64,000 bases of DNA from a virus (Duplodnaviria > Heunggongvirae > Uroviricota > Caudoviricetes): IMG/VR virus record IMGVR_UViG_3300028549_001428. One strand, given 5' to 3'. The notes under the pieces are model-generated. The model saw only the letters and a program-made list of their open reading frames with translations, did no database searches and was not told the origin of the DNA. The translations under genes and the position numbers were made by a program. Below, piece by piece: positions 1-10,915 of this stretch. The stretch's first letter is position 1. The number at the start of each line of letters is the position of its first letter.

Positions 1-935
1 AAATTATCAGCATCTAAATTTGGTGTTATAATGGATGCACTCACATCTACCAAACATCTATATATAGATGAATCATGTATAATTAAATCACCACCAAAGT
101 AATCTACTCCATATGCCCAATAAGATAATAATGGTCTAAATATGTTAGCGTAACTTACAGCATCTGTTGATATTGAATCAAATATCATTCTATATATAAG
201 GGTGCCATCAGTAACATAATTACCTGCTTTATACTCATTACCTGATATGTATGTGTATATCGATGGTACATAATATAATGACCAATCAGACGCACCTGAC
301 GAAAATACAGTAGTCCTAAATGTAACTATGTCACCTCTATCGGCATCATCTGTTTGTAAGGATGATTCAAACTTATACATTGTTATTACACCACTACCAG
401 AATTTAATACAATTGCATCACCGCTTGCATCATCTGATACAGTTACTATATTACCAGATTTTGATATAATATAATAAAAAATATAACTCTCAATTGCAGA
501 TGGTATAGTTCCTGAATCAGTTCTGAACATAACTATATCACCAATATTAAAATCAATAGAATCCGATAATACTATATTTGCGGATGGGGTTGCAGTATAC
601 CCAGATGCATCAAATGTTGTTTTTTTAAATTTCTTAGATCCACCATAAACAACACAATCTATAGGTGAATCGACAGCAAATGAATTTCCTGGTATCGAAC
701 CCAAAACATCAGTCTTAAACGTATCCACATTTAATGTGGATTTCTTGGATGGTATTACATAATCTTCATACCAAGGTGCACTGTCCTTGGTAAGTCTTAT
801 AGCAACAGTATCATCAGATGAATTATTCCATTTAACAAGACCATTCAATATGGCTTGATAATTATAATTGTTTCTTGATATATCACTATCTAATTTTTCT
901 AACGGAAATGCGTTTCCTATATTTACATTACTCAT
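1..935 (-). CDS. Virion/tail-associated protein, partial (runs off window start); not in the ORF track
   Basis: ATG at 935 after GGAG (941-944); open frame MSNVNIGNAFPLEKLDSDISRNNYNYQAILNGLVKW...; S/T/D/V-rich, follows a tail-fibre-like gene. Confidence 0.7.
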   Translation of the reverse strand, partial: MSNVNIGNAFPLEKLDSDISRNNYNYQAILNGLVKWNNSSDDTVAIRLTKDSAPWYEDYVIPSKKSTLNVDTFKTDVLGSIPGNSFAVDSPIDCVVYGGSKKFKKTTFDASGYTATPSANIVLSDSIDFNIGDIVMFRTDSGTIPSAIESYIFYYIISKSGNIVTVSDDASGDAIVLNSGSGVITMYKFESSLQTDDADRGDIVTFRTTVFSSGASDWSLYYVPSIYTYISGNEYKAGNYVTDGTLIYRMIFDSISTDAVSYANIFRPLLSYWAYGVDYFGGDLIIHDSSIYRCLVDVSASIITPNLDADN

Positions 936-946
936 AAAAACTCCAA

Positions 947-3769
947 TTATGCATCTAACGGACAAAATATATTAAATACAATTATACCATTAGTATTATT
1001 ATTACTGAATGCGGATATTGCATTTAATGTTGTTGGTGATTGTATTGTTATATATACTCGATTAGGATCACCAAAAATAGCACCTTTATGTAAAGTTGCA
1101 TATGCTGTTGTTTCAGTAGATGTGGTTGGATCACTATATATTATATTAGTATTTCTAGATGATACTGGAAATAATTCATTGTATGTTAGCAATCCACTAT
1201 TCTTAATAAAATCAGTATCATTTTTAAATACAATCTCCATAAGTTTTGAATTAACTTCACTACCTGCACAGAAGACAATACGTAAAAATATGCCACCACG
1301 AACCTTTACATAATCAACTTCATTTACACGAGCCTTTATACTAGGTATACTTGTATTTTTTGTATTATTCCATATTAAATGTGATATAATAGTCGATGAA
1401 TCAGTTGTCTTAAAGCTAGTTCCACCTATTTCATCTTTATACGCTAAATAACGAGGTGTACGAGCCTTACTTACAGTCGTTTCATTTCCATTAAGATCTG
1501 TTTCATTGAACATAACACCAATATTTGGTATTGGATCTACTGTATCAATAAGAGTAGGGAACATCAATTTCCATGCATATGAGCTATATGATGTATAATC
1601 ACCAATATTTAAGAATTGACATGAACTCATACGGGATATATCACCATATCCTCGTGTCATCTGATTACCAGTTCCTGTATTTAAAATATCAAAGAATCCA
1701 GATTTAATTACACCACCAAATGTTGATTCAGCACCTTTTTCAGTGAATAAATTTATGTAGTTAAATGATACATAATGAGAATATTGGTCATCTGATGTAG
1801 GCAATGCACCAAAGGTATTACCATATAACTTTAAGGACTTCGACCAATTCATTATTAAATTATTTTCAGTTGTTACTGTTATGGTATTATCAGCATCTAA
1901 TGTTATATAGTCAGATGCTTCGAGTAGTAATGAACTAGCTGACGTTAGTAGTATATCTGAATCATATGGGATATGCTTATATGTTCTACTAGCACCACTT
2001 CGTATTATTAGTGGACTTTTATATGCAGATAACATTAAGTCATAATCAGTTGATGTTTCCGATTGGAATAAACCTATGTATGAACCAATAGTCAATGCGG
2101 AATAATCTTTATTTAATTCAAATCTTGCTTCTTGTATCTTTGAATAAATTCCTATATAATTAAATCTATGGAATACAGAAGTTGCATCACTAAGCATTGC
2201 AGTACTTGTATTATATGTTCCATCAAATTGGGTTCCATATACAGTAATACCATCGTCATATACTTCTAATACATTGGATCGAACATAATCACCACTGCCA
2301 TTACCATTACCCACAACAAATCTAGCAGTACTATTAGGTGAATTGTATTTACCTACTACCGTTTGATTAGCACCTAATGCTATATTGGAGTTATTCATTG
2401 CAACTGATGCATAACCCAAGACATTACCCTTGGCATCGACAACTTTAGTTATATAACCACCATCAACTTTAGAACCTGCAATATCTCCTGATAATGTAAT
2501 TAGAGTATTTCCTCTATTTACATTTGAAGGGAATGTAGTAGGATCTATATATTCAACCGATGTAATTGTGAAGTATTGAGTTTTAAATCCATCGCCATTT
2601 GTTTCCCAATAGCTTAATCTAGCACTAGTGTCCGAAAATACGGTTAATGTGTGAATAGAAACAGTAGCTCCTATTTCATATAAACCTGCAATATTTCCAG
2701 TAATTGATATTACATTTTTACCTGCATATGCACCAGTTTCTTCACTAACGCAGTCATTATTAACAGTTAAACATGTAATTGAATTTGCATCACTTATTGG
2801 GAATTTAAATGTATGTGTGGTTGAACCAACTGAATTATTTAAACCTGCAATAATAGCACTATAAGCACCAGCAGCAACATTGCCTTTACCTGCGAATACA
2901 CCACTGCCTACACCAACTGATTTATTTAACGAACCACCAACAGACGCTGCATATGAATCGGTTGCTAATAATCTATCACCAATAGCAACACCAGAAACAG
3001 CACCACGTGGAACAATAGAACCAAATCCACTAGCATGAGAATATTTAGCACGTGCTTGTGTAGCATAACCATTTGCGGTTGAATAAGTTACTTCTAATGC
3101 ATTACCATTAGAATCTATATCATGATTTCGTCTAGCTTTGGTTTTTCTGGTATCTGATGAATTTACACCACCAGTTGAGAATGCATCGGTTTCCATGCTT
3201 ATGTAATTATCAGCACTAATAGTCCATGAAGCACCATCCATATGATGGTTAACATCATCACCAGAATATCCTAATAAATCAACAGAATAATATGCGAATG
3301 GAAATAAATATGTTTCGTCTTGATTATATTTGGTGGTTGCCATATTTTCGTCAAATATTGGCGTTCTTATATTAATTGGAATTGGAGCAGAATTTGATAT
3401 CAATTTTGGGTTATTTGCATCTTTTATTAAACCAAGCCAATAAGACTGAGTATTAACAGCACCCACAGTATCATTATTTAAATATAGAATTTTACTATGT
3501 TTTTCCAATGACTCTCCAGCACCAACATCAGCTACTATATCATCAAATATAGAAGTATCGTATTTAGATTCTTCCCATTGCTTATAAAATTTATCTAATT
3601 TGTATATATCTTCACGTGTGAGTAATATTTCAATACCAACACGAGTTACCTTATATCCATTAGAGGTTCCAGCTGCAATGGTTGAACGAATCATTGCATT
3701 TATAGAACTTCTAGCATTATATGTCAAAGCATCTATTTCTTTTACTAATCTGTCGAATCCACCACGCAT
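947..3769 (-). CDS. Tail fibre/adhesin-like protein with beta-helix (YadA-head-like) segments
   Basis: 940 aa; G/S/A-rich repeats (SHASGFGS, AASVGGSLNKS, SAIIAGLNN; GANQTVVGKYN..RFVVGNG..RSNVLEV); late promoter upstream. Confidence 0.6.
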   Translation of the reverse strand: MRGGFDRLVKEIDALTYNARSSINAMIRSTIAAGTSNGYKVTRVGIEILLTREDIYKLDKFYKQWEESKYDTSIFDDIVADVGAGESLEKHSKILYLNNDTVGAVNTQSYWLGLIKDANNPKLISNSAPIPINIRTPIFDENMATTKYNQDETYLFPFAYYSVDLLGYSGDDVNHHMDGASWTISADNYISMETDAFSTGGVNSSDTRKTKARRNHDIDSNGNALEVTYSTANGYATQARAKYSHASGFGSIVPRGAVSGVAIGDRLLATDSYAASVGGSLNKSVGVGSGVFAGKGNVAAGAYSAIIAGLNNSVGSTTHTFKFPISDANSITCLTVNNDCVSEETGAYAGKNVISITGNIAGLYEIGATVSIHTLTVFSDTSARLSYWETNGDGFKTQYFTITSVEYIDPTTFPSNVNRGNTLITLSGDIAGSKVDGGYITKVVDAKGNVLGYASVAMNNSNIALGANQTVVGKYNSPNSTARFVVGNGNGSGDYVRSNVLEVYDDGITVYGTQFDGTYNTSTAMLSDATSVFHRFNYIGIYSKIQEARFELNKDYSALTIGSYIGLFQSETSTDYDLMLSAYKSPLIIRSGASRTYKHIPYDSDILLTSASSLLLEASDYITLDADNTITVTTENNLIMNWSKSLKLYGNTFGALPTSDDQYSHYVSFNYINLFTEKGAESTFGGVIKSGFFDILNTGTGNQMTRGYGDISRMSSCQFLNIGDYTSYSSYAWKLMFPTLIDTVDPIPNIGVMFNETDLNGNETTVSKARTPRYLAYKDEIGGTSFKTTDSSTIISHLIWNNTKNTSIPSIKARVNEVDYVKVRGGIFLRIVFCAGSEVNSKLMEIVFKNDTDFIKNSGLLTYNELFPVSSRNTNIIYSDPTTSTETTAYATLHKGAIFGDPNRVYITIQSPTTLNAISAFSNNNTNGIIVFNIFCPLDA

Positions 3770-3795
3770 TATTAATCCTGAATTGTTATGTATAA

Positions 3796-3804
3796 TAGTT
3801 TATA
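3796..3804 (-). promoter_or_regulatory. Late promoter TATAAACTA
   Basis: Recurrent intergenic motif oriented toward the gene starting at 3769. Confidence 0.7.
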
Positions 3805-3824
3805 AAAATATAAATTAACGGTTT

Positions 3825-4934
3825 TTAGTAATATTGTGCATTTCCTGTTTTGTATGCACCTTGCTTACCATAGTCTAATATTTCATCGGGCATTAAAACC
3901 CCATCATATGCAATAGATGTTTTGCACAATGCAATTGCATTGAGTATTGCTTTGCCATTATATATTTGACCATTCAACCATAATTTATATCCAGTTGGGG
4001 TTTTACATTTTTTGCATGTAGCTAAATACTCAAGGGCTTTTTTATATTCTTCGTTTCTTATATGATATTTAGCCAGATAGTAGTATCCTTCAGCTCTATT
4101 TGGTTCAATTTCTATCATTTGATGAGATACATCCATCAATTCGCCATTATGAGACTCACCAACTAATGCTTCCAAAATAAGTTCTGCTATTGATTCCAAT
4201 GCCTTAAAATATTCTTCTCTAAATACTTCCAAAAAATCAAAGTTATATACACGCTTTCTGTACCATGTTAATGCGTCTAATGGTTTTTGCATTTCCCTGT
4301 ATGTAAGGGCAATATAAAAAGCATTTCTAGCGGATGGGTCTGTATCCCATTCTTTAAGTAATAATCGTAAATTTCTTTCCAGATCACGATTCTTTTTTCT
4401 ATTTTGTATAGGAATAGGTAAAAATACTCGTTTTAGTTCATTTATATTACTAAAAGTCATATATTCATGCACTCTACCTATCACACTTGCAGTTTCTCTT
4501 GGTCCAATTCTAGTTCTTATATAAGCAAATGAATCAGACAAAGCCGTAGGCAATGAAAAATAAACGGCTTTCGATTTAGCCGTTTCTGTCAAAAATGCTT
4601 TTTTTATTTCTTTTTGATTATCTATTTTATCGGTTGCATCGAGCCACATTACAAAATCTTTAGTCGCATTTTGTATAGCAAATGTTTTAGCACCACCAAA
4701 ATCAAAATCCCCATCAGCATCATGGAATTTATTACCTACAGGAATTACCTTTACGGCATTCCCTGCATTGTATTTTTTTATCCACGCATGAATGATAGGG
4801 ACTGTTTTATCGTTAGATCCAGTATCTACTATTATAATCTCATCAGCTAAAATACTAATACGATTTAAGCACGAAGCAATCTTATCTTGTTCGTTCTTTA
4901 CAACAAGGCAACATGATAGACTACTTCGCACCAT
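3825..4934 (-). CDS. Glycosyltransferase family 2 with C-terminal TPR repeats
   Basis: LSCCLVVKNEQ..IASCL..ADEIIIVDTGSNDKT, FDFGGAKTFA, WLDATD, GRVHEY; TPR-like RNAFYIALTY and PNRAEGYYYLA. Confidence 0.85.
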   Translation of the reverse strand: MVRSSLSCCLVVKNEQDKIASCLNRISILADEIIIVDTGSNDKTVPIIHAWIKKYNAGNAVKVIPVGNKFHDADGDFDFGGAKTFAIQNATKDFVMWLDATDKIDNQKEIKKAFLTETAKSKAVYFSLPTALSDSFAYIRTRIGPRETASVIGRVHEYMTFSNINELKRVFLPIPIQNRKKNRDLERNLRLLLKEWDTDPSARNAFYIALTYREMQKPLDALTWYRKRVYNFDFLEVFREEYFKALESIAELILEALVGESHNGELMDVSHQMIEIEPNRAEGYYYLAKYHIRNEEYKKALEYLATCKKCKTPTGYKLWLNGQIYNGKAILNAIALCKTSIAYDGVLMPDEILDYGKQGAYKTGNAQYY

Positions 4935-5416
4935 TATTCAACTACGATAATAGATAATGTATTCCAAATATCCCAATGGAAGTATTTATTATCTTCGGAA
5001 ATATTTGGGGTATCTTCTGGTTTTACTGTTTTTAGATCGATTTCAATTTCTTCTTCAGAAAAATCAATTCTCTCTTTATTGATTGCATCCTGATCTTTAA
5101 TAGCTGGATCATAATCACCACGCAACGCAATCAACTTTTCTTCTAGATCCTGACGTTTACCTTCTTCTAATTTATCAATGCTTTCCTGTGAATTTACACT
5201 AAATGATTTATAGATCTCACCTTCTTTCTTTTTAAATTCTATAAATGCTGGGCATGGTGGGAATGCCTCATTCAACTGCTTAATTTCATCACCTGTTATC
5301 TTGGTGTTGGCTGTTAATGCATATCTAAATTTTCCATTAATAGGAAGATCAAATTTTGTGGTTGTTAGCACGTGATTTAATTCTATTACCTGTCTTCTTT
5401 TTAGTTTCATTTTCAT
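4934..5416 (-). CDS. Hypothetical helical phage protein
   Basis: 160 aa ORF; stop overlaps the GT2 start; late promoter upstream. Confidence 0.7.
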   Translation of the reverse strand: MKMKLKRRQVIELNHVLTTTKFDLPINGKFRYALTANTKITGDEIKQLNEAFPPCPAFIEFKKKEGEIYKSFSVNSQESIDKLEEGKRQDLEEKLIALRGDYDPAIKDQDAINKERIDFSEEEIEIDLKTVKPEDTPNISEDNKYFHWDIWNTLSIIVVE

Positions 5417-5465
5417 AACAAATTACCCTTATATAGTTATATTATAAATATGTATTATTTTTCTG

Positions 5466-5474
5466 AAGTTTATA
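5466..5474 (-). promoter_or_regulatory. Late promoter variant TATAAACTT
   Basis: Motif upstream of 5416. Confidence 0.55.
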
Positions 5475-5511
5475 TTAAAAATAATGGTTTTTTTTACAAA
5501 ATAGAGCAATG

Positions 5512-5520
5512 TATAAACTA
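5512..5520 (+). promoter_or_regulatory. Late promoter TATAAACTA
   Basis: Motif upstream of 5553. Confidence 0.7.
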
Positions 5521-5552
5521 CTTATATAAATAAAAGTCGAGCAAAATTACTT

Positions 5553-6098
5553 ATGAATGCCAGAAACTATATGCTGTTTTTATTGGGATTTCTTACATTC
5601 ACATATGTAAATGCATCTTCTATATCCTCAAGTTCAGCAGAACCTGTTATTACTAACTCAGCATCTACAGATACTATCGTTTTGATAGTAACATTGGTAT
5701 CTGGATTGCTTACTATTTTAACAGTTGCGGTGCAATCAATGAAATCAGGAAAAGACACCAATGAAGTAACGCAAAAAACAATAGAACAGTTGAATAAAGA
5801 CAATATTGAAGAAAAAATAAAATCAATACAACAAAATCTAAATACATTGGATATTACTGTACATCAACATATTGAACGAAAAATACAAAGTCTAAGCGAT
5901 AACTATAATGCACTAGATAAACAAATTTCCGTATTTACAAAAAATCTTGAAAGTTCACTAAATGATCGTAAAGATGAAAGTAAACAATTAAAACAAGAAT
6001 TGAATACTATTCGAGACAATATACGTGAAGATCTAAATGATGTTAGAAAATTAATTACTGAAATAACATTAGCTTTCAAAATTTCTGATAATGACTAA
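5553..6098 (+). CDS. Membrane protein (signal/TM + TM + coiled coil); possible holin-like lysis protein
   Basis: Hydrophobic N-terminus, second TM (IVLIVTLVSGLLTILTVAV), long heptad region; late promoter. Confidence 0.55.
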   Translation: MNARNYMLFLLGFLTFTYVNASSISSSSAEPVITNSASTDTIVLIVTLVSGLLTILTVAVQSMKSGKDTNEVTQKTIEQLNKDNIEEKIKSIQQNLNTLDITVHQHIERKIQSLSDNYNALDKQISVFTKNLESSLNDRKDESKQLKQELNTIRDNIREDLNDVRKLITEITLAFKISDND

Positions 6099-6107
6099 AA
6101 TTACATA

Positions 6108-6142
6108 AAAAAAAAAATGGAACCAATAGGTTCCATTTTTTT
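6108..6142. terminator. Bidirectional intrinsic terminator
   Basis: A-tract-ATGGAACC-AATA-GGTTCCAT-T-tract between convergent genes. Confidence 0.85.
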
Positions 6143-6148
6143 GTATCA

Positions 6149-9100
6149 TTATAGCCCTGAGTAATCACCTACTATTTTTAATTCATCTGATCTAGATTTC
6201 ACAGCCATAAACGTATAGTTCTTTTTATTTGTTATTGTTATTGTACTATGTGGATATGCTGTAAGAGAAGTATCATAATTAAATATTAAGTTCCATGTAT
6301 TACTATCAGGAGATCCATATACATTTAGCATACATATATCGCCAATACTCATAGATGTATGATTAATAAATAGATTAGTATTAGTTACGCCAACATAATC
6401 ACCACAATAAATATTATAGATATTACTATTATCAGCAACCATTATGTAATTATCTAGACTTGTATATATATCAATATAATTATCAGCAAATAATCCACTT
6501 CGACCCCATTCCATAGAAGCTACATCATCCACAATATAAGATACTCGCATAACATAACCAATATGTGGTGTTTGATTATATAGTTCGATTGTTGAATCAT
6601 ATAATGTAATTGAATTGGTTATAAACGCATGACTTCTATTAGCAATTATACCATGCCCAAATATAGCAACACCTGTCTTATTAGTAATTTCGTTGTCGTA
6701 TCCACCAATAATAGCAGAATAGTCAGCAAAAGCAATATAATTACTAGAACCACCTAATATAGAAGCACTCGTGCTATTACCTATTATATTTATTGAACCA
6801 CCACCAATAAAACAATCATCGCAATTAACTATTTCATTAGCAATACCAGTAAATATGCCAGATTGTAATGATGTAATAGCTATTCTGTTTTCTCTACCAC
6901 CACCAATTACCGAATTTGTAGAACTTGTTAAACTATTTTTATATCCAGTTAATATACCCGAATAATCACCATTAAGATAATGTTCAGTACCTGCACCGAT
7001 TATCGATCCAGTTGATGCATCTATACTATTTGTATATCCGCTAACTATTGCCGAATATGGAGATAAAGAGTTTATTCTATTAGTGTTACCAGTACCAATA
7101 AATGCATCATTTGAACCTGCACCTATATAATTGGATATACCATTTGCAATAAATGCACGGTCAGATTGATCAATCGATATTGTATTACCATTTAACACGA
7201 TAGCATACATAGATTGTGTTATAGTTATTACATTACCCGATCCTATTAATGCATAATTTGATGCTGTAATTGTATTGGTTGTACCATCTATAATACTAGC
7301 ATTATTTGAGTTAGTTATAGTGCCATTAGTGCCATTAACTATGTTTGAGTATTTAGAATTTATAATTACGTTATGAACACCATTTAATACAGTATCATAT
7401 TCAGATATTATACTCGCCTGGAATTCTGTTATTATCTGATGAGTATCACCTGCAAGTATAACAGATCTTCTAGCATTTATTATATCAGTCATGTTTGCAG
7501 TACCAATCATTGACTGAGACGATCCTGATATTTTGTTTCTATTACCTGCTAATATAGCAGATTCAAATGATGTATATGTTATTGCATTATCAGCACCTGC
7601 ACCGATCATAGAACGATGGGAATCTCTATTAATATAATTGTTTACTCCATTTCCAACAATTGAATAGTCAGCACTAACAAATGTATTTGATCCTAATACA
7701 ACGGAGTCACGACCAACCTTGTATATTTGGCTATCTAATGTACTGTCTTCAGGTGCTGTATCTATACCCTTTAAACCACCGTTTGCTTTAACATTAGCAT
7801 CACGTAAATTTCTCATGAAATTATGTGTGTGATTCTTTGATGCATACAAATCACTTAGATCAGGAGCTGGGCAACAACCGCCTGATTCTTTACCTAATTT
7901 TTTTAAATGTGCTAATTCTAAACCAAATTCAGTTATAGCATTACTTGTAGAGGCATTTGCAATTAACTGATTTTGATACCAAGTTTGCGCATCATCCTGA
8001 TATAAGTTATAAAATATAGAAGCATCTCTAATTAACGCAGTTGAATCAGCATCATCAGGTGATTGTAGATTTAAATCAATTTCACCAATAAATTGATGAA
8101 TACCATCACCAGAATCACCCATAATAACTACGTTATCCCAATCAACTACAGCAAATAGGACTGGTTCTTCATCTGGATTAATCTGGAACTGTAATTTTTT
8201 ATCACTACTTGTATTATCTACACCAAATCCTTCATCAGCTACATAAGCAGCCGTTCTCATTGGAACTGCATATATGCCTATTCTATTAAACTTAAATGAT
8301 GTATGAGTAGATTTGTAAATACTTTGATTATACTGGTCTAATACGTCAGAATCACCTGCATTTGCATATGTATCGAAAAATTCGATATTACTATTTTCAT
8401 CCAAATTACCATTAGCATCAAATCCAGTTGCTAATGTAGTAGGACTTAATTCAATATTTATTCCTAATTTAATTGCAGTAGCAACTTCCAATGTTTGCAC
8501 ATTTGATGTGAATTTAGTTTCTGTATTTATTACTTTATAATTAGAAATAGGGAAGAATTTAGTAACCTTAGACATATTTCTATTAGCTAAATCACTACTA
8601 AGAACATGTCCAATACTACTTACTGGTGCATGGAATCTATTATAATTGGATATCGTATGTAATTTCCAAAATTCATTACAGTAATAATAATCATCATCCG
8701 AAGTACCTACACCCCATGTATTATTACCTGCAAACCAACCAGTTTCATCATAGTCAGTTGAGTATGTAGCTGGTATTTGAGAACTATTAAAATAAGCACC
8801 TGCTGCTGGATACGGTAATGTTGCTGGATTTCCTAGTGAGTCGTTATAACCTCTGAAATCAGTTGATACCTTTGGAACCAATAATTCAGCACCACTAACC
8901 TTTAAATTAACTGTAATATATGGATATATTAATGATCCATTGTAATTTTCATCTTCAAATGTAGGATATTCATCAAAATAATCATCTACTGAAGTTTTTC
9001 CTGTAATATCGCCTAAATAATATAAAGGTGCTGGTATTGGTAATTCTGAATAAGTAAAGGCATCAGTTCCTTTATATACGTGCTTACCCAACATAGATCC

Positions 9101-9541
9101 ATCTGTTTTTGATGTATCATCTACCCATGCAACAAGTGCATTATTTCCATTGGAATCAAGTACATATCTGTAATGTTTTTTTATATTTTTGTCATACATC
9201 GACAAACCAAATAAATCACCACCTGCCGATCCATCAGAAACACCACCTGCATAACCAGTTCCGTTCAAATCACCTTGCCATACATTATAAATAACATCAC
9301 CATATTTGGTCAATCTAGTCATTGATGATGATATATTATCAGTATCGGTTGATTCAATTGTCGGAGTGCCATTTACATTATTGCATGTATCTGCTGGAGG
9401 TAAAACTACACTATCTGATTTCCATAAATTAGGAACATAAGCAAGTGCATAATAACCAAGCCAGTAATATTGTCCTGTTGCTTGTGAGGATGACGCTAAT
9501 AAAGATAGTCCCTGATTCGTAATTTTTGCTTGCTTTGCCAT
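6149..9541 (-). CDS. Tail fibre / tail-collar fibre protein with long beta-helix
   Basis: N-terminal AKITNQGLSLLA resembles baseplate-anchoring fibre N-termini; many SxIxxGxxNxI repeats. Confidence 0.7.
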   Translation of the reverse strand: MAKQAKITNQGLSLLASSSQATGQYYWLGYYALAYVPNLWKSDSVVLPPADTCNNVNGTPTIESTDTDNISSSMTRLTKYGDVIYNVWQGDLNGTGYAGGVSDGSAGGDLFGLSMYDKNIKKHYRYVLDSNGNNALVAWVDDTSKTDGSMLGKHVYKGTDAFTYSELPIPAPLYYLGDITGKTSVDDYFDEYPTFEDENYNGSLIYPYITVNLKVSGAELLVPKVSTDFRGYNDSLGNPATLPYPAAGAYFNSSQIPATYSTDYDETGWFAGNNTWGVGTSDDDYYYCNEFWKLHTISNYNRFHAPVSSIGHVLSSDLANRNMSKVTKFFPISNYKVINTETKFTSNVQTLEVATAIKLGINIELSPTTLATGFDANGNLDENSNIEFFDTYANAGDSDVLDQYNQSIYKSTHTSFKFNRIGIYAVPMRTAAYVADEGFGVDNTSSDKKLQFQINPDEEPVLFAVVDWDNVVIMGDSGDGIHQFIGEIDLNLQSPDDADSTALIRDASIFYNLYQDDAQTWYQNQLIANASTSNAITEFGLELAHLKKLGKESGGCCPAPDLSDLYASKNHTHNFMRNLRDANVKANGGLKGIDTAPEDSTLDSQIYKVGRDSVVLGSNTFVSADYSIVGNGVNNYINRDSHRSMIGAGADNAITYTSFESAILAGNRNKISGSSQSMIGTANMTDIINARRSVILAGDTHQIITEFQASIISEYDTVLNGVHNVIINSKYSNIVNGTNGTITNSNNASIIDGTTNTITASNYALIGSGNVITITQSMYAIVLNGNTISIDQSDRAFIANGISNYIGAGSNDAFIGTGNTNRINSLSPYSAIVSGYTNSIDASTGSIIGAGTEHYLNGDYSGILTGYKNSLTSSTNSVIGGGRENRIAITSLQSGIFTGIANEIVNCDDCFIGGGSINIIGNSTSASILGGSSNYIAFADYSAIIGGYDNEITNKTGVAIFGHGIIANRSHAFITNSITLYDSTIELYNQTPHIGYVMRVSYIVDDVASMEWGRSGLFADNYIDIYTSLDNYIMVADNSNIYNIYCGDYVGVTNTNLFINHTSMSIGDICMLNVYGSPDSNTWNLIFNYDTSLTAYPHSTITITNKKNYTFMAVKSRSDELKIVGDYSGL

Positions 9542-9573
9542 TTAAAATATCCATTGATTACTACAATTTAATA

Positions 9574-9582
9574 TAGTTTATA
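9574..9582 (-). promoter_or_regulatory. Late promoter TATAAACTA
   Basis: Motif upstream of 9541. Confidence 0.7.
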
Positions 9583-9620
9583 AATCTCATATATATAATT
9601 ATTTCCAATATAGACAGTAA

Positions 9621-10598
9621 TTAATACCATTCTGCTGGAGTAACATCACACGTTACATTAAACACACTACCAAGTGTACCAATGTTAGGTATTACTGTTT
9701 GATTAGAAAATCCAGGTCTGTCATAATAACGGATGTAATTTTGTGGTATATAATATACACCACACATTGATCTATTTAATAGATCGGTATTACTTATAGA
9801 GGTTTCATTCCAACTCATCAAAACCGTCTTTTCTAATTGATCACTAAATATTAAATATGTATTAGGTGTATACAAACCATATGGACCCTCTGGAAGATCA
9901 ATAATTCCCGAATTAAGACCTGCACCATTATATACATAACCATCCGAACTATATGATAAATCCATAGTAACAACACCGGTAAGACTAGAATTTAATCGCT
10001 TGTTAATAATAGTACGATTGGATTCATTAATTAACTCTTCTCTAATACATGGGTTGTTATAATAGATCATTGGTGCACGGTTTGTAGAATTAAGTAATCC
10101 CGAATTATGTAAGGCATATGTTGCATACATTGGTGGTATTTGGGTTTTTCCCATAAATCGCATATATGGCAGTGTAATAGTTGAAGGAATTCCTTGCGTT
10201 ACGAAGCAACAAAGATAATCACCATTAGCACCAATCACATTTTTACCCTTACCACCCGATAATGTATATCGAGTAGATACATTTGGCATTGTATCATATA
10301 CAGTTATTTGAGTTGAATATGTTATACCTTTATAAGTTGCTGAAATAGTAACAATACCAAAACTAATTCCCACTGAACTTACTAAACCATTTATAACAGT
10401 AGCTCTATTACTAACATTAGACGACCATGTACACATCGAATTCAAATTACTACCATTAGCACCAATAGCATTTAATTGAATTTGTCCATTCTTTCCGTCA
10501 CTACCATCATGACATAACATCGACACTTCTACTATATCGATTGCACCCAGTGTTGTACTAGTCATACTATTCATCATCATTAAACGTCTGCGATTCAT
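9621..10598 (-). CDS. Ig-like (Big_2-type) domain virion protein
   Basis: CTWSSNVSNRATVINGLVSSV..GIVTISATYKG Ig signature; N-terminus MNRRRLMMM. Confidence 0.6.
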   Translation of the reverse strand: MNRRRLMMMNSMTSTTLGAIDIVEVSMLCHDGSDGKNGQIQLNAIGANGSNLNSMCTWSSNVSNRATVINGLVSSVGISFGIVTISATYKGITYSTQITVYDTMPNVSTRYTLSGGKGKNVIGANGDYLCCFVTQGIPSTITLPYMRFMGKTQIPPMYATYALHNSGLLNSTNRAPMIYYNNPCIREELINESNRTIINKRLNSSLTGVVTMDLSYSSDGYVYNGAGLNSGIIDLPEGPYGLYTPNTYLIFSDQLEKTVLMSWNETSISNTDLLNRSMCGVYYIPQNYIRYYDRPGFSNQTVIPNIGTLGSVFNVTCDVTPAEWY

Positions 10599-10906
10599 TT
10601 ATTATCCTTAGTTGTAATTACTTGATTCCAAGGTTGATCTATAACAGGAGTTGGGATTGGTATCATATCAATTATTGTAAGTATTTCACTATACATAGCA
10701 TCACGAGACTCAAATATTAATTCCTCTTCCAATTTATTTACTGGAACAATATCATGCTCATTATATTGTATAAATGTGGTATAATTGTGTTTTATTACTA
10801 ATAATGCAGTATCTGATAATGTTAAAATACAATTTGGATTAATTGTAATATTCCCAAAACTAATAGGTATATTCGTTTTATTTTTTATTCCCTTTATCAT
10901 CGACAT
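10595..10906 (-). CDS. Hypothetical protein
   Basis: 103 aa; GAGG SD; ATGA overlap with the next gene. Confidence 0.65.
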   Translation of the reverse strand: MSMIKGIKNKTNIPISFGNITINPNCILTLSDTALLVIKHNYTTFIQYNEHDIVPVNKLEEELIFESRDAMYSEILTIIDMIPIPTPVIDQPWNQVITTKDNK

Positions 10907-10915
10907 ATATCCCTC

